64,000 nt of DNA, taken from Octopus sinensis. Taxonomy: Eukaryota. The notes below the pieces were generated by a model, which worked only from the letters and a program-made list of their open reading frames with translations, ran no database searches and was not told where the DNA came from. Both the position numbers and the translations under genes were made by a program. The DNA is taken from contig NC_042999.1 of NCBI RefSeq assembly GCF_006345805.1, positions 10,664,001 to 10,728,000 on the forward strand, given 5' to 3'. Below are positions 53,052-63,490 of the stretch, one piece after another. Every line of letters starts with the position of its first letter. The stretch's first letter is position 1.

Positions 53052-54610
53052 ATTCTAGCAGCCTGACCTCACAGACAGCAACTGTATTGACGGCATATCT
53101 TTTCGACAGAGGTCAGCCTCAAGTCCAGCAATCTGTTATCTGTCCAATAACATCCCAACATTCCACTGAGTCACATAAAGGCTCAATTAGTTGCATCACA
53201 GTGAATTCTTCACTGCTGCTAGAGTGGAAAACAGCAAGCATAATTCTTGGAAAGCCAAATTTATTATATCTGATATGCTTTTCATTTACCAGTATTATTT
53301 TATAGGAATGCTTAAAAAGATTTTTAAGCACAGATAGCTTTTGCATTTACTACTTGGTGAGTTGAATATGCATTGCAAGCGAAGAAATACTGATTCGACA
53401 CCAACATTTTTATTTTCAGTTTTTGCATAATCATATGAATTCTCGTGTAGAATACAAATTCACAAAAATTTTCTGAAAATTTCAAAAAATAGAAAGTTAT
53501 GTGGCATAAAGCAGAATTCTGCCACTATTTCATTTGTTAACAGACTGATATTAAAACACATGCCATCACTCACAAATGTCCTGTTTTCTGACTGGGTAAA
53601 AATGATCAAACTTTAAACCTCTGTAACTTTTTTTCAAAATTTTTCTGGAACAAGTGAATTAGGCGTTGAGATTCAGCATGAAAAATTACATCAATACACA
53701 AAATTTGAAAATTTTCACTTGATTTTAGAATTTCAAAAAGTATAGCCAAACAGAAAAGGTCTGTTGTTACTCCAAGAGGAGTATAATTGATTGAATAACT
53801 CCCTCCCTTGTCTTACCTGTACAATTTTCTTGGCATTGGAATCAAAATGACAGCTGCAAGATTTTGAACTCAGGCAGTGTCACTGAACTCAATACCATAG
53901 CACTTAGTCTAGCTCTCTATCCTTAAATGATATCATCACCACCATTTCTAGTGATCTTACACACACGTATGTAAAATGCTCTCTTCAGTTGCTCCACCAA
54001 AAAGATTACCATCAACCATTCCAGTGATATAAGTACTTTATGTTTTATCTTAGTCTACCAGCGAAAAAATAAGAAAGTGTTTAGGTAAATCTGCTCCTAG
54101 CTACAATATATTTGCTACTAAACAAAAAAAAAAAAAGCCTCTATCCTATGTTTATCTAAAATGTTAATGAGAATGTAATCTGACAATAGAGAGGAGGATG
54201 TGACTAAGCGTAGAATAAGAGAAAGTAAAGCAAAAAGAAAAAGGTAAAAAAACTGGATCACAGCAGAAAAGTACTACACTCATCTCTGTTGGAGCTGAAA
54301 GACATCAGTGAAGAATTATAGAGAAAATAGCAGTTAGCCAGCTATCAACTTGTTTGATTGGTGCCAACAAAGTGAATTTGCTTTATATATGTATATATAT
54401 TAATAATCGGCATAAGTTACAGAGTGATTCAAGAGTTTAGTGCAATGGCACTTATTAAAACATGCTTGATAAGTAGCAATGCATGAAACCCTCAGCCCCT
54501 GAATCCCTTTTGCCAAAGAACACACACACACACACACACCTGGAGTTCTATTTTCTAGCTTGTATCACCAAATCTGATTTTATATGTGTATGTATATATA
54601 TATATATATA

Positions 54611-54773
54611 GGCGCAGGAGTGGCTGTGTGGTAAGTAGCTTGCTAACCAACCACGTGGTTCTGGGTTCAGTCCCACTGCGTGGCATCTTGGGCAAGTGTC
54701 TTCTGCTATAGCCCCGGGCCGACCAATGCCTTGTGAGTGGATTTGGTAGACGGAAACTGAAAGAAGCCTGTCG
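54611..54773 (+). mobile_element. SINE family A 5' half (split element)
   Basis: Near-identical to 32436-32597; ends at the internal (TA)n. Confidence 0.92.
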
Positions 54774-54775
54774 TA

Positions 54776-54808
<33 letters not shown>

Positions 54809-54812
<4 letters not shown>

Positions 54813-57800
54813 TCCGATGGATGTGTAATGTCAGTGTTCATAATCGTCAGAGTGTAAGTACTTTGAGAGAAAAGTTGAACCTAAGAAGTGTCAGTTGTGG
54901 TGTGCAAGAGAGACGGCTGCGCTGGTATGGTCATGTGACGAGAATGGCTGAAGATAGTTGTGTGCAAAAGTGCTACAACCTAGCAGTTGAGGGAACCTGT
55001 GGAAGAGGTAGACCCAGGAAAACCTGGGACGAGGTGGTGAAGCACGACCTTCGAACTTTAGGCCTCACCAAGGAAATGACTGAAGACCGAGTCCTATGGA
55101 AGTGTGCTGTGCATGAGAGGACCCGGCAGGACTAGTCAGGCCATATCCCGTGGCCCCTACCTGGGACGTAGTCGATCCACCTGTGCATACCTTCCTTCTT
55201 GTGACACTTGTGAAGACCTGCTGAGGCAAGTGAAAATCAATCAAAATAGATGAACATCAATGGAATTTGTATCTTTGTGGTACCAGTGCCTGTGGCACAC
55301 AAGAAAACCATCCGAACGTGGCCGTAGCCAGTACCGCACCGACTGGCCTCCGTGCTGTGGGAACATGGTGGCACATAAAAACACCATCCGAAGACCCGGC
55401 AAGACTAGTCAGGTCATAACCCGTGGGCCCTACCTGGGACGTAGTCAGTCCACCTGTACATACCTTCCGACTTGTGAAGACCTGCTGAGGCAAGTGAAAA
55501 TCAAATCAAATCAAATCAAAACAAATCAAAATAGATGAACATCAATGGAATTTGTATCCTTGTGGTACCAGTGCCAGTGGCACACAAGAATCCATCCGAA
55601 CGTGGCCGTAGTCAGTACCGCTTGTGGTACCAGTGCCGGTGGCACACACTTTGTGGTACCAGTGCCGGTGGCACACATGAGAACCATCCGAACGTGGCCG
55701 TAGCCAGTTCCGCATCGACCGGCCTCCGTGCTGTGGGCACGTAACAAACACCATCCGATCATGGCCGTTCGCCAGCCTCATCTGGCACCTGTGTCGGTGG
55801 CACATAAAAACACCTTCCGAAGACCCGGCAAGACTAGTCAGTCCACCTGTGCATACCTTCCTTCCTTCTTGTGACACTTGTGAAGACCGGTTGAGGCAAG
55901 TGAAAATCAAATCAAATCAAATCAAAATAGACAAAATAGATGAACATCAATGGAATTTGTATCTTGTGGTACCAGTGCCTGTGGCACACAAGAATCCATC
56001 AGTGCCGTAGTCAGTGCGGTGGGCACATGACAAACACCATCCGATCGTGGCCGTTCGCCAGCCTCATCTAGCACCTGTGTCGGTGGCACATAAAAACACC
56101 ATCCGAAGACCCGGCAAGACTAGTCAGGCCATAGCCCATGGCCCCTACCTGGGACGTAGTCAGTCCACCTGTGCATACCTTCCTTCTTGTGACACTTGTG
56201 AAGACCTGTTGAGGCAAGTGAAAATCAAATCAAATCAAAACAAATCAAAATAGATGAACATCAATGGAATTTGTATCTTTGTGGTACCAGTGCCGGTGGC
56301 ACGTGGCACATAAGAAAACCATCCGAACGTGGCCGTAGCCAGTACCGCATCGACTGGCCTCCGTGCTGTGGGCACGTAACAAGCACCATCCGATCGTGGC
56401 CGTTTGCCAGCCTCATCTGGCACCTGTGTCGGTGGCACATAAAAACACCATCCGAGCGTGGCCGTCTGCCAGCCTCGTCTGGCACCGGTGTCGGTGGCAC
56501 ATAAAAACACCATCCGAAGACCCGGCAAGACTAGTCAGGTCATAACCCGTGGGCCCTACCTGGGACGTAGTCAGTCCACCTGTACATACCTTCCGACTTG
56601 TGAAGACCTGCTGAGGCAAGTGAAAATCAAATCAAATCAAATCAAAACAAATCAAAATAGATGAACATCAATGGAATTTGTATCCTTGTGGTACCAGTGC
56701 CAGTGGCACACAAGAATCCATCCGAACGTGGCCGTAGTCAGTACCGCTTGTGGTACCAGTGCCGGTGGCACACACTTTGTGGTACCAGTGCCGGTGGCAC
56801 ACATGAGAACCATCCGAACGTGGCCGTAGCCAGTTCCGCATCGACCGGCCTCCGTGCTGTGGGCACGTAACAAACACCATCCGATCATGGCCGTTCGCCA
56901 GCCTCATCTGGCACCTGTGTCGGTGGCACATAAAAACACCTTCCGAAGACCCGGCAAGACTAGTCAGTCCACCTGTGCATACCTTCCTTCCTTCTTGTGA
57001 CACTTGTGAAGACCGGTTGAGGCAAGTGAAAATCAAATCAAATCAAATCAAAATAGACAAAATAGATGAACATCAATGGAATTTGTATCTTGTGGTACCA
57101 GTGCCTGTGGCACACAAGAATCCATCAGTGCCGTAGTCAGTGCGGTGGGCACATGACAAACACCATCCGATCGTGGCCGTTCGCCAGCCTCATCTAGCAC
57201 CTGTGTCGGTGGCACATAAAAACACCATCCGAAGACCCGGCAAGACTAGTCAGGCCATAGCCCATGGCCCCTACCTGGGACGTAGTCAGTCCACCTGTGC
57301 ATACCTTCCTTCTTGTGACACTTGTGAAGACCTGTTGAGGCAAGTGAAAATCAAATCAAATCAAAACAAATCAAAATAGATGAACATCAATGGAATTTGT
57401 ATCTTTGTGGTACCAGTGCCGGTGGCACGTGGCACATAAGAAAACCATCCGAACGTGGCCGTAGCCAGTACCGCATCGACTGGCCTCCGTGCTGTGGGCA
57501 CGTAACAAGCACCATCCGATCGTGGCCGTTTGCCAGCCTCATCTGGCACCTGTGTCGGTGGCACATAAAAACACCATCCGAGCGTGGCCGTCTGCCAGCC
57601 TCGTCTGGCACCGGTGTCGGTGGCACATAAAAACACCATCCGAGCGTGGCCGTCTGCCAGCCTCGTCTGGCACCTGTGTCGGTGGCACATAAAAACACCA
57701 TCCGAGCGTGGCCGTCTGCCAGCCTCGTCTGGCACCTGTGTCGGTGGCACATAAAAACACCATCCGAGCGTGGCCGTTTGTCAGCCTCGTCTGGCACCTG

Positions 57801-57988
57801 TGTCGGTGGCACATAAAATCACCCACTACACTCTCGGAGTGGTTGGCGTTAGGAAGGGCATCCAGCTGTAGAAACACTGCCAGATCTGACTGGACTGGTG
57901 CAGCTTTCGGGCTCCCCAGACCCCAGTTGAACCGTCCAACCCATGCTAGCATGGAAAGCGGACGTTAAATGATGATGATGATGATGAT
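54809..57988 (+). mobile_element. 5'-truncated RTE LINE with tandemly amplified 3' UTR
   Basis: RT C-terminus MLRWMCN...TRQD* (stop at 55135), seven 3' UTR monomers, a 62-bp module run, canonical terminus and (GAT)n tail at 57971-57988. Confidence 0.95.
55130..57830 (+). repeat. Higher-order tandem array of RTE 3' UTR monomers (1126-bp period)
   Basis: The landmark tagatgaacatcaatgg occurs at 55247, 55532, 55937, 56251, 56658, 57063 and 57377. Confidence 0.95.
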
Positions 57989-58007
57989 ATATATATATAT
58001 ATATATA

Positions 58008-59288
58008 CGAGGGGCGTTAAATAAGTAATGCCCCTGACCCACTTCCCATAGCAGTAGAGCAACGAAACTTGGCACAGTTATTAGTCTTTTTCTACATAGG
58101 AACCACCCAGAGTTACGCATTTCTCCCATCGTTTGATGCAGCTCTGAAGACCGGTTTTGTAGAAGACCCCAGCTTGGTCCTCCAACCACGACGTGACTTC
58201 AGAAATCAAGGCTGCATCATCTGGGAAACGCTTTCCTTTCAAAAACAACTTCATGGCTGGGAAGAGGTGAAAATCAGAGGGTGCAGGTCAGGAGATGGGG
58301 GATGAGTTCATAGCCGCACGCCTGTGCTTCTGATCTGGCGACACGCGAGTTGTGGATCGGAGCGTTGTCCTGCAGGAGGAGGATGCCTTTGCTGATCTTG
58401 CCCCGCCTCTTGATCTTGATAGCTTCTCTTAATTTCCTCAAAAGGGAAGCATAATAGACTCCTGTAATTGTGGCACCCTTTGACAAGAAATCTGTCATCA
58501 CTACTCTGTCCTGGTCCCAGAAGACTGTGAGCATGACCTTGCCAGCGGAGGGCTGCACCCTTGCCTTCTTTGGAGGAGGTGAGTCACGGTGCTTCCACTG
58601 CATTGACTGGGCTTTGTTCTCTGGATCATAGTGATGAACCCAGGTTTCATCTTGTGTAATCAGTCTTTTGAAAAATTTTGACTCATCTTCTTGGCACATC
58701 TTCAAATTCATCCTCGCGCTATCGACGCGTTCTTGCTTCTGGAAAGGTGTGAGCAGCCTGGGAATCCATCTGGTAGACACCTTTTGCATATGCATATGGG
58801 CATGAATGATAGTTTCCACAGACCCGGTACTAATCTTGACCTCATGGGCTATTTGGCGAATAGTTATGCGTTGATCTTCCAAAATGGCAGCCTCAACTTG
58901 ACGGACAGATGCCTCATCAATGGCAGAAGGGGGCGACCAGATCTGGGAGCTGTTTCCACAAAGTTCCAACCATGTTTGAATTCACGATGCCAGCGATTTA
59001 CAAGGTCATATAATGGGGCATCATCACCATAAGTTACTTTCATTTCATCAAAAGTCTCCCGTGGTGTGTGTCCTTTCAAATACAAAAACCGCATCACTGC
59101 TCGACACTCAACAGGCTCCGTTTCACACTTGACTCAGTTCAAACACCTGTAAATCAGAAACCACAATTAGTTCAGAGCTGTAATTTGCCACTTAATCTAT
59201 AGAGATATAGGTAATTGCACATGCAAAATTTCAGCTAGATCAAACAACTGCAAGTGGGTCAGAGGCATTACTTATTGAACGCCCCTCG
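58008..59288 (-). mobile_element. Full-length mariner (1281 bp), probably irritans subfamily, inactivated
   Basis: About 37-bp TIRs CGAGGGGCGTT(A/C)AATAAGTAATGCC(C/T)CTGACCCACTT with TA TSD. Transposase 59121-58081 has start ATG>ACG and frameshifts near 58930 and 58290. Motifs WIPRLL, TQDETW, QDNAP and SDFHLF are present. Confidence 0.95.
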
Positions 59289-59290
59289 TA

Positions 59291-59495
59291 TGTATGTGTT
59301 TGTCCCCCTAGCATTGCTTGACAACCGATGCTGGTGTGTTTACGTCCCCGTCACTTAGCAGTTCGGCAAAAGAGTCCGATAGAATAAGTACTGGGCTTAC
59401 AAAGAATAAGTCCTGGGGTCGATTTGCTCGACTAAAGGCGGTGCTGCAGCATGGCCACAGTCAAATGACTGAAACAAATAAAAGAGTAAAAAGAG
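59291..59495 (+). mobile_element. SINE family A 3' half (continuation of 54611-54773)
   Basis: gtgtttgtccccctagcattgcttgacaaccgatg...gactgaaacaaataaaagagtaaaaagag matches 32645-32854. Confidence 0.92.
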
Positions 59496-59756
59496 CATAA
59501 TCAAATGGGTTATTAATCCATTGTTCACATCTAATAAAACTCCCTTAAAATTTCTACGTACATCAAGTACACATTTCTTAACTAAACTTTCATCTAATCC
59601 TTAAGTGATGCAACTTAATTCAATTTAACCTAAAGTAAACCTAAAATTGACCACAGAGATGAGCAATAATTTATTGTATACATTAGAATGACTTGCTCCT
59701 CTTGTTCTTCATTTTAGTTACTTTCAAATCTTTTCTCTGTATTAAGTTATCTCCTC

Positions 59757-60205
59757 AAAGACATACAGCATCTCGAAAGAGTCCAGAAGCTGGCTACCCG
59801 CATGGTTCATGGTCTCAAGAATTTGTCTTATGAAGAAAGGCTGAAGATGCTCGACCTTTATTCTCTAGAAAAACGACAACGCCGTGGTGATCTCATTCTC
59901 GCTCACAACATCATAAGCGGAAAGTGTAACCTCTTGAAAGAGCTGTTCTTCACTCCTGCTCCAGAGCATAGGCTGCAGGGTCACTCCGAAAAGCTCTATC
60001 TGCGACGATTTCATCTCAATCGAAGGAGAGGGGCTTTCTCCGTCCGGGTTGTGGATCCGTGGAACAAGCTGCCAGACAAGATGGTGAAGATGCCGACGAC
60101 CGCTTTGTTCAAAGTCTCCCTTAACCTCAAGTGGCCTGAACTCTTTACATGAATACCACCCTGTACATAACTCCATGTCCCCTTACATGGCCTTGCTTTT
60201 TGCTC
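59757..60205 (+). mobile_element. CR1-type LINE 3' fragment (RT C-terminal region)
   Basis: LERVQKLATRMVHGLKNLSYEERLKMLDLYSLEKRQRRGDLI...FSVRVVDPWNKLP is the characteristic CR1-group C-terminal pattern. Confidence 0.85.
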
Positions 60206-60207
60206 TT

Positions 60208-60358
60208 ACACCTACCCTACAATGTCATTCTATAAATGAACAATGAAATCATCAAAATCTCAAAGTTAAAAGCTACAAGATAATGCATGATTAATTCAAA
60301 ACAATGTCAATAAATACGCATTAACATTTGACAGAATAATCTGAATGCTGAAGGGTTA
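60208..60358 (-). mobile_element. Truncated piggyBac-like MITE (second family)
   Basis: One terminus, TTAA-CCCTTCAGCATTCAGATTA, on the minus strand; the other end is absent. Confidence 0.55.
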
Positions 60359-60689
60359 ACCCTTGATGAGATGCTGACCTGTCAGGAGCGATGGCATTGG
60401 CAAGTTTATACAGAATCACAGAAGATAATTTGATGTGTTAGATCTCTACAAACTCCATCTATTGAATCCATCTTGATAGGGACACACAACTTTGATGGTA
60501 TGCAACACCACTTCCATCACAGCATGGGTTTGTTGGAAAGTCTAAAAAAATCTCCTATATTAACTTCAAGGTCCAACAAAGAACAATGGCTGGCAAACGG
60601 TTTCATAAAAGATTAATGAATTAGTTTATAAAATGGATTTACATAAATTTATATGTGTATATATATACATATATAAATGTCAATATGTG

Positions 60690-60892
60690 ACTGCGTGTGT
60701 ATCGTTGGCGATTTTCTTTCTCCGCCTTCCCTTCCTTAGACCTCTCCTTTTTCTATGTTTCTGACGAAGAGCTCCGCTTGAGATGTTAAATCCTCCTTCT
60801 TTCTTTCCTTTCCTGAGCATCCAATAACACTATACATGTTCCATGTCCTTGTGCTGTTGTGTTTTCTCTTTGTTCGTGTTTTTGATTAACTA
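60690..60892 (+). mobile_element. Probable Penelope-like element repeat fragment
   Basis: Pyrimidine-rich block between TA microsatellites carrying the CTGACGAAGAGC..GCT motif typical of PLE terminal repeats. Confidence 0.5.
60757..60791 (+). ncRNA. Decayed minimal type I hammerhead ribozyme motif
   Basis: GTTT-CTGACGA-A-GAGC(TCC)GCTT-GAGA-TGT-T-AAAT. Stems I and II and the CUGANGA box are intact; the GAAACGU box has mutated to GAGAUGU. Confidence 0.5.
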
Positions 60893-60926
60893 TATATGTA
60901 TATATATATTTATGTGTGTATATATA

Positions 60927-61092
60927 TCATCATCATCATCATCATCATCGTTTAACGTCCGTACTCCATGCTAGCATGGGTTGGACGGTTCGACCGGGGA
61001 TCTGGGAAGCCAGAAGGCTGCACCAGGCTCCAGTCTTATCTGGCAGTGTTTCTACTGATATATATATATCATCACCACGACTGTTAAATGAT
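60927..61092. mobile_element. Cluster of RTE termini in opposite orientations within TA repeats
   Basis: Minus-strand terminus at 60927-61044, a short (cat) remnant, and a plus-strand gttaaat(gat)n remnant. Confidence 0.75.
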
Positions 61093-61505
61093 GATGATGA
61101 TGATGATGATTATATATATATATATATATCCTCTTGCAATTTGAAAGGATCAAAACTTTGAATAAAGTTATGATCATTTCAACTTGTCTGATTGCTATTG
61201 TACTCTGCAGTAGATACACAAACCAACTGATAGGTGAATTTTCTCAGAACTGAAGGTTTGTCTGTAATTCCTGGGGGATTTAACCTTTAGACATTCCTAT
61301 TTTCCTCACTTGACATTCGGTTAGCAAGGTTTTTGCATGGAGTGTTGAATGAGGTATTCAACTGGATTCCTTTAATCCACACTTTCTATCACTGTAATAT
61401 ATATATATATATATATAAGAAATAATTGAGATTCAGTTGAATTAGGTACTCAAGGTGAAGCACCAAGTCAGTCCGGTATTATCCGCAAAGCTTGAAGTAA
61501 GGTGA

Positions 61506-61896
61506 ATAAAATCAAAATAAGCAACAGGACATCAAGTAATAATGCAATACGACTGTTTCAAGCGGCTCCATTCAATTGAACAATACAATCATTACATCAA
61601 TTAAAATACAGTGCTATCTTCAGCTGCACAAATAAATAAATAGAATTTTAACCAGTAGTCTATTCTTAGCTACAATAGCAACAACATGACTTTCTTCCAT
61701 CTTCTTGTTCTGTTAAAATATTTGAGAAAAATTATATTAATATGTCCTACTTGTCAAAATTCCATTGATTTATTTGTGCAGCTGAAGATGGCACTACATT
61801 TAAATTGATGTAGTGATTGCATTGTTCAATTAAATGGAGTCGCTTGAAATGGTTGTACTGCATCACTACTTGATATCCTGTTGCTTATTTTGATTT

Positions 61897-61899
<3 letters not shown>
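61506..61899. repeat. Long inverted repeat (144-bp arms, 106-bp spacer)
   Basis: Arms 61506-61649 and 61756-61899 align without gaps; 17 mismatches by manual count (about 88 percent identity). Confidence 0.92.
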
Positions 61900-61926
<27 letters not shown>

Positions 61927-61930
<4 letters not shown>

Positions 61931-62640
61931 CACAAGTGTGGCTGTGCGGTTGACAGGTTTGCTTCCCAACCACATGGTTTCAGGTCCAGTTCCAATGTGT
62001 GGTACCTTGGGCATGTGTCTTCTACTATAGCCCTGAACTGATCAAAGCCTTGTGAGATTTCATAGATGGAAACTGAAAGAAACCCGTCACATGTGATAAG
62101 TGCAAATGAGCATCACCATCATGGAAAAGCTATCCATTTCCAATTTTCCATGAAAACGTACCCAGCCAGGCAAAAATATTATTTTACTTGCAAACAAGTA
62201 AAGGTTGGTGACAGGAAAGATACCCAGCTATGGAAAATCTGCCCCAGTTAAGCATGGAAAAGTGAACGTTAACACAATGATGAAATTACATCTGTATATT
62301 CAGGTGCAAGCATGGCTGTGTGATAAAGAAGTCTGCTTCAGAACAACATGTTTCCAAGTTCAATCCCAGGGTGTAACACCTTAGACAAGTGACTTCCCAT
62401 TTGAAGTCATATTGACCTCTTTGAGTAACAAACACCTCATCCACACAGCAATGCTTGAATGGTCATGTATGTTTATGATATCTAGGAACTCTCAGAGTGG
62501 TTGGCATTAGGAAGGGCATCCAGCTGTAGAAATCATGCCAAATCAGACTGGAGTCTGGTGCAACCTCTCAGCTTACCAGCCCTGGTCAAACCATCCAGCC
62601 CATGCCAGTATGGACAACAGACATCAAATTATAATGATGA
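61927..62640 (+). mobile_element. Two tandem SINE C-type copies with RTE-like tails
   Basis: Heads at about 61927 and 62302; tails aagcatggaaaagtgaacgttaacacaatgatg and cccatgccagtatgga..taatgatga. Confidence 0.7.
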
Positions 62641-63264
62641 ACATAGTATAAACACTGAAAATACGAGACTATTGTTTTAGGTTTTAAGTTCATAGGAAGT
62701 GACCACATAAATGTGGGTGTTGTGAGGGTAAAAGAAACAGAATTATTTTGAGGTGCCTAGGCATGGTTGAAGAACACTAACTGAAAGCAGAAAAAGTGTA
62801 ATAAAGAGAAAACTATGGATTAGAAAACAAGTTGACCCACAGAGTATTATTGATTGGCACTATTTGTAATTGAATCAACAGACTGTGTGCAGAAGGTAAG
62901 AGGAAAGTACCTCCAAGACAGAATCCATTCATTCACAAGAGGAGGAGGAGGAGCATTTTAACATAATTAGAGAGTATTCTCCATTGACAATCATTAACAT
63001 ATCTATTATTTATCTTCTTTTTCCTCTCTGATCAGAAATGTTTTAGCTGTAACCATCCATCTGTTCTTCAGATATCAGTCGATTTAGGATTCCGTTACCT
63101 TTTACATCTTTCTTTTCAAGATGGCTGGATGTAATACAAAAGATATCAGACTGTTATTTTCAGCTAGTCAAACAACTACAAAAAGGCTCCTATGTATCAT
63201 CACCAAGTGTGTCTTTAAGATTCTTTTTGGAAAGTTAAATCTCCAATTTCTCCTAATTATGTCT

Positions 63265-63490
63265 TAACCCTTTTGATACCAACATGTCCAAGACTACTTC
63301 AGGTTCTATGATAACAACTTCTCTGTTTTGAAACTAACCTCAAAACTTTTCCTTAAAATTTCATGTTAATTTGCATTCCAAACACCAGCTTAATAATGAC
63401 AAAATCATTTTATTAAATTCTTCATGATTTTCAAAATTAACTGAAATAAAGACTGTATTTCAACCGAAATATGGTAAGAAAAGGATTGGA
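63265..63490 (-). mobile_element. piggyBac-like MITE, same family as 45032-45242
   Basis: TTAA-cccttttgataccaac is the reverse complement of the 45032 element's right end. Confidence 0.6.

Noticed and set aside
53440-53740. Possible DNA transposon remnant
   Set aside because: Only weak subterminal-like motifs; I could not define TIRs or a TSD.
54611-54690. tRNA genes at SINE heads
   Set aside because: A/B-box-like motifs are present but there is no complete cloverleaf, and each continues into a SINE body.
57500-57820. CRISPR-like look of the 62-bp module array
   Set aside because: The units repeat in full with no unique spacers, there are no cas genes, and it sits in a eukaryotic LINE UTR.
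55257-57968. Many Cys/His-rich ORFs (CHRHRC and similar)
   Set aside because: They are frames through GC-rich RTE 3' UTR modules; the same applies at 10051-10425, 30526-31059 and 49250-49691.
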